Shown here in pieces: positions 11,562 through 23,271 of a stretch of DNA of 64,000 bases. Position 1 is the first letter of the stretch. Every line of letters starts with the position of its first letter. The position numbers and the translations under genes were made by a program. The notes under the pieces were generated by a model. That model worked only from the letters and a program-made list of their open reading frames with translations. It did no database searches and was not told the DNA's origin. The DNA lies in NCBI GenBank assembly GCA_026025075.1, contig JAPEUI010000014.1, positions 124,001 through 188,000 of the forward strand. The letters are read 5' to 3'. This DNA comes from Vezdaea acicularis. Taxonomy: Eukaryota.

Positions 11562-13295
11562 ATGGGGTCGAAACGTGGCTCCCAGGAAGAATTTAAGATC
11601 TATCAAGATCCTTCTACGATATCGTCCGTTGCGCCATCGTCCGTTCAAAGCCTCCCAAACAAAGAAGACCAAAGCGGGCGGTCGAGCGTAGGAGGCGATA
11701 AACATGTACCAATCTACGATCGCGCTATCCAGAGTATTGAGATTGACGAAGAGAACACTGAAGGCTTAGATGGGCACTCCAGATCTCGGCCAGGCTCTGC
11801 GCTCCATTCGAGTGGCCCGTCCGGAGATGAAGCGATCTTTGATGGAGGTTCCCGTCACAGCTCCCCTGCAACATCCCACAATTCGGACGAAGACAACGAA
11901 GATGTAGTCTCTGAATTTCCAGAAGAACATCCATTATCGGTTCAATATGGCTCCCCATATACGCCGATCAAGCAACAACGGTCTGCTTTCCGTAATCCGT
12001 CCTCAGTCCAGGCTATGCAACTAGAAAATACACCACCATTCGATCAACCAGCATACTTCTCCTCGCCCCGCTCACCACGCTACAAGCTGACAACACCTTC
12101 CTGCAACGGTACACCTCGATCAACCCGTTCACAGAGCTTGAAACCGAAGCCCCCGCCAAAGAAAAAGGAGTATCCGCTTGTCTTACTCCACGTCACGCTT
12201 CTCCCCATTAATCTGCCGTACCCATTGGAGCTTATGATGGAAGTGCTCCCACCATACATCATCGAAAATTATAATCTGCTGAAAGACAAGGCCAATGATA
12301 CATTGCTAGAGCGGGGAATCCTGTTGCCGCACCCTCGGGAGGACTATGAACTTCTCGAAGAACGCCTTCTCGAGAGTCTAGAGCTCAAGCTACCCAGGAT
12401 CCTCCGATGTGGGCATTTCCACCGGGACGAAGACGAGGAAGCGGACAGTGAAGAGGAGGAAGAATGCAACATTGATGACGATGCGGATATTTGTGTTGAC
12501 TGTGGCAGGCGCGTGCGAGACGGCAAGCTCGGGACAGGCTACGGGCACAGGAGGTGGAATATCAAGATTTTTGCAGCCAATGGCCTTATGCGTGCTGGTG
12601 CCTGGGCCGCTGCGTGGAAAGAGATGGAGCGCGTAGATGTCGAGATCGAGCCCTGGATCCCAGAGGAGCTGCGCAAGGAGATGAAGCTTCGGATGGAGGA
12701 GGAAGCGGAGCATAACCATGCGGCGGAGATGGCAGCCGAAGAGGAGATGAGGAAGGAAGCGGAAAGGGTTCGGTTCAGGGAGATTTATGGCGAAGAAGCA
12801 ATTGACGAAGCAGCAAGGAGAAGGAGAAGCGCAGAGACCGCACGGCCGCCCACCGACGCCTTCGTGGAGACAAAGCCACACGTACAAAGCCCAAGGCGTC
12901 CAGGTCTGGACGAGCTACCCCTGGCAACAGTCCTGCAGAACTACATCTACCTCCTACTCCAAGACAAGCGCAATCTTGCCATTGCAGCCCTCAGCTTTTT
13001 CGTCATCTTCCTCGCCCTCGGACCCACCACTACCGTAACGCCTTCTCTCCACCACCACGTCCCTCAGGTCATGCAGCATCCGCTCAGCGCTGCTCATGTG
13101 CCTGAGGCCATCCAGCACCCACTCAGCGCAGCCCAGGTCCTCACGTCTGCGGCGAAAGAGCAGGTGGCGCAAGCATCAAGCTCCTATCTGCCTGACGTTA
13201 GCGTCTCGGAAGTCCTGTCCTCTGTGCTAGCTAAAGTCACCTCAACACCCGAAGAAGCACAGCCATCGGCTGCTCCAGTGGGTCACAAGGAATAA
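11562..13295 (+). CDS. Conserved fungal hypothetical protein with disordered N-terminus, CxxC, coiled coil and one C-proximal transmembrane segment
   Basis: Long uninterrupted ORF with first ATG at 11562 (MGSKRGSQEEFKIYQD). Ordered core PLVLLHVTLLP...ERGILLPHPREDYELLEERLLESLEL...CGHF...CVDCG...GLMRAGAWAAAWKEMERVDVEI and hydrophobic LAIAALSFFVIFLAL. Function unknown. Confidence 0.8.
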   Translation: MGSKRGSQEEFKIYQDPSTISSVAPSSVQSLPNKEDQSGRSSVGGDKHVPIYDRAIQSIEIDEENTEGLDGHSRSRPGSALHSSGPSGDEAIFDGGSRHSSPATSHNSDEDNEDVVSEFPEEHPLSVQYGSPYTPIKQQRSAFRNPSSVQAMQLENTPPFDQPAYFSSPRSPRYKLTTPSCNGTPRSTRSQSLKPKPPPKKKEYPLVLLHVTLLPINLPYPLELMMEVLPPYIIENYNLLKDKANDTLLERGILLPHPREDYELLEERLLESLELKLPRILRCGHFHRDEDEEADSEEEEECNIDDDADICVDCGRRVRDGKLGTGYGHRRWNIKIFAANGLMRAGAWAAAWKEMERVDVEIEPWIPEELRKEMKLRMEEEAEHNHAAEMAAEEEMRKEAERVRFREIYGEEAIDEAARRRRSAETARPPTDAFVETKPHVQSPRRPGLDELPLATVLQNYIYLLLQDKRNLAIAALSFFVIFLALGPTTTVTPSLHHHVPQVMQHPLSAAHVPEAIQHPLSAAQVLTSAAKEQVAQASSSYLPDVSVSEVLSSVLAKVTSTPEEAQPSAAPVGHKE

Positions 13296-13889
13296 GTATA
13301 TGAAGGTGCTCGTTGAGTTTTTGAGGAACGGCATATATGGCTCTCAAGTAGCGGACTTCCCTTTTGTAATTACGTGGAGAATGTCGCATGTGGATATGGT
13401 GTTTTTCCGTTTCAGTTGGCGAGCAAGCAAGCGGAGATTCCCCTATTTTTGGCGTGAAGCGATCATGTAAAGCCCCCCCCTTGTCTATCCGATTCGAAGG
13501 TTTGAGGGATGAGTATGTATAGCAATGAAATGGAAATAATGAGCACGATCCCCCGGCGTTCCTTCATGACGTTTCTACATCACCCCCCCTTAGTGGATTT
13601 CTTTTCCATTGATGATGGAGGGCGATAAGCGCAAGCGCCATAAGTAGACGGCGGTACTCGCTGATTTTCTTCCGCAACGAAGGAAAGATGCAGGGGTATC
13701 ATGTGCTAGAGACTTTCGGGGAATATTGCGTGTGATGGCATAGGAGGCGCCTGATATTCCTTGGTACTAATGCTATTCTACATGATTCGTAACACTCATG
13801 GGGTAGCCATGCCCTCTTAAACATTCCAACAGGTTATCAAAGAGTTCATTGCGCCCAGGCCACCGTCTCCTCTTTGAAGTGATGCAAAA

Positions 13890-16800
13890 CTAGTACGCTA
13901 CCCGTGTCCGCATATCCTAAGGCAACGTTAGGGAAGGCTTCATTGAGAATAGACCATTCCATTCTTCACTTACCGACACCTTTCGCTCAATCTCCCTTAC
14001 AGACCGATCCAGTTCGCCAGCAATCATCTGCTTTTTGTCGGATGGTAGAAGCGCGAACCGTTCGCACACTGTATCGGAAGTCAGTTTTGATGCTGCGTCC
14101 TTTTACTTTCGAAAAATACGGTTCCTTTAGAAGGCACTCACAATCCCCGTCAATGACACCCTTTACGGGTACATAATAGCTACGGTATGCCAGATGGTCC
14201 CGACCTGCTAATGGTGCATCCTCACTCCTCAGATGTTGCTCCAGCGTCTGGAAAAAATCTACGTCTTCTCTTCCGACAAACGGCACCAGCACGCCCAGCG
14301 TCCCCTGCAGGCCACTCCAAAGCAGGACGTCTCTCCCACCAGCCACAAGTTGCGTCTTCTGCAAACTCGTTGGAATATCTTGAGGGAAGAAATGTATCAT
14401 CAGACTCAACCTATTCGGCGCTCCTTGCAGATACTGTCTCTCGTGCGCGAGATGAGCACCAGATCCCTCTTCGTCGGCTTCCTCCGATGCTTTTGTTGGG
14501 CACCGCAATAGCCAGAGGTTCCCGAATTTGTCGCCGCCGGCCACGGTTTCATAATCAACCATCGTGGTGCATGTTGTCCACCGTGCAAGACTATCATCGG
14601 CAAAGGGAATGAGCATATTCTCCTGAAATTTGTATACGACGAAAGTCACGCTTTCCTGGACGTCCGAAACGATGATGCGGGAGCCTTGTGTTAGCAACCC
14701 AACGATAACGTTAGGTGCCGCTTGCGTTTGTGCTTTGCGAAGGAGTTGGCGCATCCCAAGGTCATAGATACGGAGGTCCTTGCCGACGCCAGCAAGGAGG
14801 CGGCCTTGAAAGGCGAGTAGAGCAAGAGGCGGCTCTTCGACTTTCGTTTTATGGATGAATTCGAGCTCCTTGCCGTCCTCTTGAAAGCGGTAAACGTGAA
14901 TAAAGCCTGCAGAGGAGGATCGCGGCGTAGCAATCATGTCTTTGCCAGTACCAACGACCAGAAAAGTTTCATCTTCCTGACTGGAAAACGGGACGACAGC
15001 GAGGGAAACTGCGGCCTCGTTGTCTTCAAGATCGACTCGTTGAAGAACTTCTTTTGCAGAAATGGGATCGATAATCTGGATACAGGATGCCCAGTGACCC
15101 GTACCGCGAGGATACCCGAAGTCTTCAGGCGGCAGAGATGCGGCATCTCCATTCACCACAGACGGATCAGTCAACAATCGATTTCTTGTAGACTGTGAGA
15201 GGACATTGTTGTCTGCTTCGATAACGTAGAAGAGGGGCTGTTCAGGATGCTTGACAAATCGTCGTGGGGTGTATGCTAAAGGTATCGTTTCTTGGAGTAG
15301 GTTTTCGGTGAGTTTCTCAATTGAGAATATCCTATTTAACACAATAGTTTAGTAAACATTCATCATGAATATATGAAACAGTTGGATGAAACAATGGGAT
15401 GGAGTGTCTTCAGAAGGAACAATTGAAATAAGGATTTTGATCCGCAGAGTGTACAATAGGAACCTCGGTTTAGCGAGTGAATCTTTATCATCATAGACAA
15501 CCTCTAAGGAAGGAGGCCGCAGCACATAAGAGGGTTAAAAAAGAGGAGCTAACCGTAGATTTTGCCCCTGTATGCCAACCATCCCTTCTAAGCACTGTTC
15601 ACTACTAAAATTCCACCCCCACTCTAAGCCTACGTAGCTCAGGGGTGTAAGCATGAAGCCTTTGGTTTGAGGATCAGAGTATCCGAGCCAAGGGCGCGAA
15701 CTAAGAGCCAAAACTGCTGTTTGCCCCTTGACGGATACTCGAAAAAGCTTTGCAGGCTTAGGGCCTAGGAAGCGTGTCCGAGTGTCCGATAACTCCCCTG
15801 TGATTTCATCAAGGACTGTACGCAGGTATACGCCGGAGTAAAGCCCAATGTGGAGGTAGAGTGTTGATCCACCGGAAGAGGAGTCGGCCATAGCCATGAT
15901 TGAAAGCGCTGAAGGTGCAGAGGAAAGCGCTTGGACAGACTTGTTTTCCAGCGTTGAGTCCGGGTCTAAGCTCAGAATTCGCACTGTAGAATCATCGCAA
16001 CCGACCGCCAGGAACGGGCTTCTCACGCGGCCTTCAGGTACCTCTCCTAGGCTGAGACAAGTGACTGTCCCACTCATTTCTTTTCTCTCGTCGTACTCGG
16101 CGAGGGAGCCATCAGAGTCCATTTCGAAATACACGATCTCACCCGAACTTAGCGCAACGGCGACCTGCCGCTGATTTGTTGTAGCTGCAACGATGGAACG
16201 ATGTTGTGGCGCCGGCCATTCATTCACTCGCCCGTTCTTCATATGCCTTATACCCCTAGGATGGACCTGCACTAGACCGTCCTCGCCCAGTTGCTGGACC
16301 GCCAATGTTGGCGCTGACGAGAGAAACCCAGTGTCCGTAACCTCCTCGACGGTCTCTCCTATGCTCAGCACCAGTGTGCCATTCGAAAAAGAAAGAACTA
16401 TGTACGCGTCAAACTCATCGGCTTTAGAGAGTTTGGTGGTCCAAACGGCCGACGGAACACCTGGTAATTCCGATTCAACTATTTCCGAGACTTCAAGCCC
16501 ATGGCGGAGAGTTCTGAAGCTGCTTCGTGCGCCAGTCCCACATATTGAGTAGATTTGAGGTGCGTCATCATCCGTTAGGTTTGCAACCTTGCAGTCCATA
16601 AGTGGATTCATAGAATCTATGCTCTCTACTAGGTTGACGTTTTCCGAAGGCCGCGGGTGAAAGTATACTGGTGTGTATGGCTCAGTTGGATCGGCCGGGA
16701 AGGAATCGCTATTAAACTCGGTTTCGTCTTCATCGTCGGCGAGTTTCTCAAACTGATAGAAATGGTGGTTTCCAGTCTCGCTTGCAACGAACAAGAAGCC

Positions 16801-18026
16801 GCTTTTTAAAATACACAAGCTTGACGCTACCGGCACTGTGTCAAAATACTTGATCTTCAGACGCTTTACTTCTCCTGTGGATTGTCCGTTCTCGTCCTCG
16901 ACCATCTCTAGCGTAACTTTGAACAAGTCGCCGTCTTCGCTTTGCAGCAAAAAGAAAAAGGCTCCCTTCATTTTGTGCATTACACCAGCGGTGATGGTTC
17001 GCTTTCTCTTAGGATCTTCAGTCGCACCCCTTCGACGAGGAATGGCAACCCGGAACGCCTCTTGATTGGAATGTCGGTATGTGATATTATCTTCTCCACA
17101 TACCAAAACCCCACTCGGCCCATCTGCCCCGCCGGGGACTTGGTAAAGGACTGATGCAGTACGGTCAACAGGTTCCGACCACTTCCGAACAACGTGATTG
17201 AGACCTAGATCTAACTCATAGTAAACTAAGAGCTTCTCAATCTCGTCGAAAGCTTCACCAGTTGGATCCTGGTCGGAGTCTCCATAATCAATCTCCAGCG
17301 CTGCGAAGATCGGATTTTCATAACCGACATCTAACGCAGCCATCGCAAAGACCAGGGTTTGAGGTTTGTGCGCCTCCAGAGGAGAGGAGATTGTGAGCTC
17401 CGCCTGAGCATTTCGATTGAGCACATAAACTAGCTTATTTTTCTCCACGGACGCAATGAGACATGCCCGTCCCTTCGGGTCCACCACGAGGTATTGACCT
17501 GGAATGACTCTCCGAACTCCAGATTTGCCAAATGTTTCGAGGTGAAGTCTATTAAACTTATTTTGGGATGGCACATATTCGATAATCGTAATGCGGCCAG
17601 AATCAGACCCTATAATAATGTAATCTACACCAAAGACTCAGCGTGATGTTCTCCAATTGATCTCATCATCCAACGGCGCTGAGCTCGAGACCTGAGCTGG
17701 CCGCACATATGGTCGCACTGCCGGCCAGACTTGACGAATCACTAAGTGAAGCTTTTGGGTGTGTGCAAAGGAGACAGCTAACCTTTATTGCTCCCTGCCA
17801 ACCTGAACGCCGCAAGCGTGCGGATGATACCAAAAAACTCATGAACAAGCGTTGTGGTGACCTTGCCCTGGACGGGATCTGGTCGGTGTAAGGTCAAGCG
17901 CGACCCTGAAGCCGTTACAATTTGCTGTTCCTTGGTACCAGCGAATTGGCCGAGGATAGCTTGAGTAACTGCTGACGATGGCTGAACTGTGAGCGAGTAC
18001 ATGAACATCGACGAAGTGGTCGCCAT
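13890..18026 (-). CDS. RSE1: Pre-mRNA splicing factor Rse1 / SF3B3 (U2 snRNP SF3b subunit)
   Basis: Exons about 18026-17783, 17624-15554, 15331-14142, 14068-13974, 13916-13890. Motifs [64 protein letters not shown], and end DMRTRVAY*. Confidence 0.97.
15405..15499 (-). ncRNA. Intronic box C/D snoRNA, putative guide for 18S rRNA Am541-equivalent (snR41/SNORD62-type)
   Basis: Inside the 222-nt RSE1 intron 2 (15332-15553) the sense strand reads TGTCT-ATGATGA (box C)...CCGA (D'?)...TTTCAATTGTTCCTT-CTGA (box D)-AGACA, with a 5-bp terminal stem. The guide is complementary to the conserved 18S segment AGGAACAAUUGGA. Confidence 0.85.
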
Positions 18027-18337
18027 TTTGAGAGACTTTGTTCGTAGACAAAGTAGATTGGTCCAAAGAGAGAGACAATAATCAGGTGTACGCCCACATT
18101 AAAAGGCTCGACGGGGTACCATAAGCTTCTAGCAAGTGATTACAACCCTTTCCCGGCCTAGCTGCAGGTAGCAAGAGTCTCTAAGCATCTGAGCAAGCTC
18201 CATACTTGCTGCGGGGAGAAGTCATAGTCAAGGAAAAATTAAATCGAGGACAATTCGCTTATGTCATCAACCCTCTAGTCCGCTTCTATGAAGCTCCGAC
18301 TTTAGATTTACAGCTGTAAGATCATGTATCGCAAAGG

Positions 18338-19991
18338 ATGAAGTCATCATATGTCTGCAGAAGATGTCTTCATACATTGAAATCGCAAGCTACCCTAAAG
18401 CTACGGGATCCCAATTTCTCCAAGTGTCAGAGCTTTAGTCCAAAGGCCACGGCCTGGAAGGCCCAACCTCGAAATATTCTTAACTCAAATAGACAGCTCC
18501 ACAGAATAGCGAAGAAATCGTTGTCATCCCTTACTCATCAAGGTCAATACGCAAAGGATGAGCCTGTGGAGTTCCCCTCCCCTGGGGGCTTGGAAAGCAC
18601 ACCAATCCCTCAAGTACAGGGGAAGCCTTTACTTCAGCCAAACAATCTCTTCCATCCCTTCTCAAAGTCACCTTCACCGGTGATTCGAAGAAGGGCAGCT
18701 TTCATCAAGCAGCATGCCTATTGTCCTCATCCGTCACATCATCAAACGCGGCTTCCAACTAGTCCAGACGACCTTGAGGCGAGGAAACCAGCAAGCAAAG
18801 GTCTTCCACCAGCTCTCGTCAAATTCGAATGTCCAGATTGCGGAATACCAGTATCATGCTCCGAGGAGCATTGGGCAGAGGATTACGAGGCTCACTTAGA
18901 AATTTGTGATACTTTAAGAGAGATAAATGAAGACGACCATGATCTACATTCTGGCAGGTTCTTTCCAGAATTTGAATATCCGGGGGAACAGTTAGAGGAA
19001 GCAATGGTGAATATGACGAGTTGGGACACCTATCTTTACTCAAGAGAGTTTCGCGCCATCGACGATGAGAGAAGTCTACGACAAGCTACACGGCTTCTTA
19101 CATATCCAGTCACAATTGGAAGCGTATTGCATGAATTGAGTCCATATAATATCCGCACTGGCGGCCGCTTGACCACTGAAGGCCTGAAAAGCATAAGTGG
19201 TGCGTAGCATAGCTATTTTCTGTACTTATATACTGATGATATCTTACAGCCCTGCGTTACACTCTTCATCCCCCTCGGTCTGGATCTGGTATGGACATCA
19301 AAGGTCTTCGTCCTAACCCACCTCCTGTAAGGATATTCATCTTAGGTGCACGAGCAGAATCCTCGTTGCCCCGTGAAGTCTGGGTCCAGCTCTCTCATAT
19401 GTTCCCTCGGGCGACCTTTCACTTGATATTTATTGGTCCGGAGAGTATGGCGAACCGGGATGCCGAGTTTCCTTTACCGGAACGGACGCCAGAGAACCCG
19501 TTTGGCGCCATCGTCGAGGATCGTGTGAGTCACCAACTGAAGGTTAGCACTTTCGTTGAATATTACCATACCCTCCACCAAGCTGGGATATTCCATCCAT
19601 TCGACCCTTACTTTGATTGCTTCATGCTATTCCATCCAGGACTTGGCCATCCTGCTAGCTCTCATGAGTGGGCGGAAACGATCCCGCAGTTACTAGAGAC
19701 CAAAGTGCCAGTCTTGGTCACTGGTTACACCGAATGGGATATGCAGCGAGATAAGAAGTGGGTCGAGGATACGGTTGGCGGGGAGGTTGACCTACTTATG
19801 GAGCCAGGAGAGAACAGATTCAGGAGCCTGAGGTGGGATCTTAATGACCTTGACCCTCAAGACATAAGCTGTGGCAATTGGGGAGTTTGGGCATTTAGAG
19901 GAAAGAGGTTCGTGATTATTGACCCGAGGTCTGATTGCGTGCTTGCTGACCAAGGTTCAGATACGAGACAACTCGAAAGGACATTGAATAG
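18338..19991 (+). CDS. MSS51: Mitochondrial COX1 translational regulator/assembly factor Mss51
   Basis: Basic N-terminal presequence. FHPFSKSP, zf-Mss51-type CPDCGIPVSCSEEHW, LTYPVTIGSVLHELSPY, IFILGARAESSLP, FHPGLGHP and PGENRFRSLRWDLND. Introns about 19200-19249 and 19908-19960; last exon RYETTRKDIE*. Confidence 0.93.
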
Positions 19992-21290
19992 CGACAATGT
20001 ATCAATCAGCCATTCGGCTTCTGCTGCCTTCATTCAGCTCCTCAATGGATACAGGGGTCGTCAGATGATCAATCTTGGCGGAAGCGCAATTTCAATCCTC
20101 TCGAAGCATCCATCTCTATCTCCACCTGTATGCAAACATGGAACTGTACTCCGCATTTACCCCCACGCGCGTACTCCACTCATCACGTCTTGATAAAACT
20201 TAGTCATGTCTGGATCCATATTGCTTCTTCGAACTAGAACAAAACCAGTAGCGTAACATGTGTCACTTGCAGATACTTCCAACGAGAAGTCAGGTTCTCT
20301 GCGCTCAAGCTTCAAGGGGGCTTCTCTCGAAGGGGTAGCTGAATTGCGCCATCTCCCGTGCAGTCCCCCTCTATTGCACCTCGTTGCGAGGCCCGACCTG
20401 CTCCCTAGTCTTGTGTAATCACCTAGATGTTTATCGATTCCCAATGCGCAGGCCCTAATCAACGTCCCTAATCTCGTGTAACGTCGTGACTGCTTTTTTA
20501 ATCCCTGGCACGCCGGGCGCCCTCCATGACTTGATCCCGATCGGCATCCTTCTACCACGATGCAAAATCAATGAACCATGTCTATCTTAACGTCTTGACC
20601 CCGCATAAGGCGGCAGCAGCCCGTGCCACTGCGCTCGGGTCTCATCTGCTTGCATTTTGCCTTGTCGGAGGCCGTAAAAGGCGCAAAAGTCCTGACGTTC
20701 GTGGCGCCCACTAGCAGCGACGAAGAGGCGGTTATCGGATGGGGTAACGTGGGGCAAGCTGACCCTCTCTCATTGTCACATTTAAGTCGAGGCTATAGCG
20801 GCGGAGGAGTTGTGGGCATAGCGGGGTACGCCACGGAAAAGCTGCTCATGACACTTCCGCCTGTCATTGGCGCACGCCGTTTTCCTTGTCCGCCGATCCA
20901 TTCACTTCTCGGACCTCGAACTGGCTTGCGTCGTCGTTACGAACGAATTCGAATTGCATAATCCCTGAGGGCTATCCGATTGCGGGTGGCCATTCCGAGA
21001 TGGGCTGTTGTACCAAACATGGCGCAGGGTGGGCTTGGTCTCTCAACGCCTGTAGCAGTTGGTTGATACCTGGGCTGGATATATAGGCGTGGGACTTGGT
21101 TTATTAAAGCCTCTCATTATCGTCCTACTTACATTAAAGCCTTGATTCTACATCATCTATCCCTAGTCCCTCTCAGTTTGGAATATAGCTGGCAGGTCCG
21201 GATCGAACGAGCTTCATTGATTTACTCAATCCTCAGACTGGCTTAGACGTGAGATTTTAGAAACATCATCTTGCCACCTAGCCATTCAGT

Positions 21291-22916
21291 ATGTCGAAGA
21301 AACCTATCTTCGTAGCAACCCATCCCAGGGCATGCTCTACTGCTTTCGAGAGGGTAAGTTCGAGGCAACGCACTTTCTGTCCCTTGAAACCCCAAACATA
21401 ATATCTAACAATTCCAACTATCAGGTCTTCATGACCCAACGAGATACTCTTAAATGCGTCCATGAACCATTTGGTGACGCCTTTTACTTCGGACCTGAGC
21501 GCCTCAGCTCCAGATACGAGAAGGATGAAAAAGAACGAGAGGAGAGTGGCTTCAGCCAATCCACGTATAAGACCGTCCTTGAGAGGATTGATAGGGAGTC
21601 TTCCGAGGTTGGGCTCTCTTTTCCCTCTGTCTACCCCATGGAATCCTCAAACTACATACTTCAAAGACTTTCCTCAATTCTCTTTCCCGTGTTGCTGCTG
21701 TACTTTGCATTCTATGCAATCTCATTGCACCTATTAATTCAGACTCTACCACAGTCAAAGACTTGATTGCTCTCCTTAATTCTCTTCCATCCTCCTCTAT
21801 TGATTTCACTCTGCATGCATTGAGCAACAACCCCGCAAACGATCGCTCCTCTTCATTTCCAAGAGGCACAGCCACCGTGCATTCTGATCGCATTTCCAAT
21901 CGCCTTAACGAACCCCGCCGAGGTCTTTCCTACTCCTATTCCCACTTTCATTCCTTATATTATGTCCTCTCCTTAACCATGTATCCAGGGCAAACGCCTC
22001 TTCATAAAGGACATCTGCCATTACCTCCTACCACCCCACGGCAACCCAGCGAGCATCGCCCCCAGTCTTCTCCAGCCAAAAAAGGGGGTTGGTACAGATG
22101 GCCACGCCAACGGTTCGTTCCTTAGCTCCCCGCCGTACCCATATGGCACTGCCCCCGAGCCGGATAACCCCACAGTGATACCATTGGCAATATTGAAAGA
22201 CTTCCATTTCACCTTCCTGATCCGCCACCCGCGCAGCAGCATCCCGAGCTACTACCGTTGCACAATCCCGCCCCTCGACAGCATAACGGGTTTTTACGAC
22301 TTCATGCCAAGTGAAGCAGGCTACGATGAATTGCGTCGCACATTCGACTACCTCCTTAAAACGGGCGTCATTGTCAAGCACAGCGAGACCAACGGAGAAA
22401 CGAAAGGGATCAATCACGCGAAGGAAGGAAGCGTGCAGGTCTGCGTTGTTGACGCGGATGACCTCCTGGATAACCCTAGCGGGATTATTGAGGCGTATTG
22501 CAAGAGCGTAGGGGTGGAGTATAAACCATCCATGCTGAACTGGGACACGGAGCTCGACCATAAGCAGGCAAAAGAGGCTTTCGAAAAGTGGAAGGGATTC
22601 CATGAGGATGCTATCAATTCTACAGAACTGCGACCCCGGACGCACGTGAGTCCCCCCTTTCCATCTTCTTTTGCAGCCTCTCTTTCTCGCTTCTCCTCGA
22701 ATGGGTTGAACTGGACGACATAAGGAGAATGAAAACTGGGTTAAAGATTATGCTGATGGTGGTGAGATCTAGAAGAAGAAAGAGCGGTCTAGGGAGGAGG
22801 AGGACGCAGAGTGGAGACAGAAGTATGGTGAGAAAGGAGCAAAGATTATTAGAGAGACGGTGGATGCGAATGTAGAGGATTATCTATATCTGAAGCAGTT
22901 TGCGCTCAAGGTGTAG
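21291..22916 (+). CDS. P-loop sulfotransferase-like protein (family resembling the N-terminal domain of BCAT-like proteins)
   Basis: Exons about 21291-21353, 21425-21607, 21989-22645, 22773-22916. Spliced MSKKPIFVATHPRACSTAFERVFMTQRDTLKCVHEPFGDAFYFGPE...GKRLFIKDI...FTFLIRHPRSSIPSYY...VVDADDLLDNP...MLNW...WKGFHEDAINST. Confidence 0.85.
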
Positions 22917-23271
22917 GCAGCTCCTTCGAGAGCGGATGGAGAAGCGGCTTCATCAAGTATGTGAAGCCGGCATAAGGAGCGGTTAAAGTGGCTCCAGTGG
23001 ATTTCTTTCCCTCTTTTATATCTTTCGGGGAATTTTTCAAGGAGAAACAAACAAAACAAACTTAGTAACGCGTCATGAATGGTAATTCATTTCCTCGAAT
23101 AGCTAGGTGGCAAACATTCACCCAGCAAGATAAACAGCTCTCTGAAGGACGCCAAATGTAAAGTACAGTTGCCAGCCCAGAAATCCCTAAAGTATGTATT
23201 CTGTTGGTCTCGATCCAGCTTTCAAATCAATTGCCGCAAGTATTAGGGTGAAGAAGGTGACTAGAATCCGT

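Noticed and set aside
17755..17776. Plus-strand GGGTGTGTGCAAAGG resembling an snR70-type guide against 18S CCUUUGUACACACC
   Set aside because: It is antisense to the host transcript, has a central mismatch and has no adjacent D box.
20980..21095. TPP-riboswitch look-alike (GCGGGTG...CCGAGA...ATACCTGGGCTGGATATATAGGCGTGGGA) upstream of the sulfotransferase-like gene
   Set aside because: It lacks the invariant CUGAGA and UGAU, the P5 stem cannot form (CTGG has no CCAG partner), and the gene is not a thiamine gene. A cmsearch with RF00059 would settle it.
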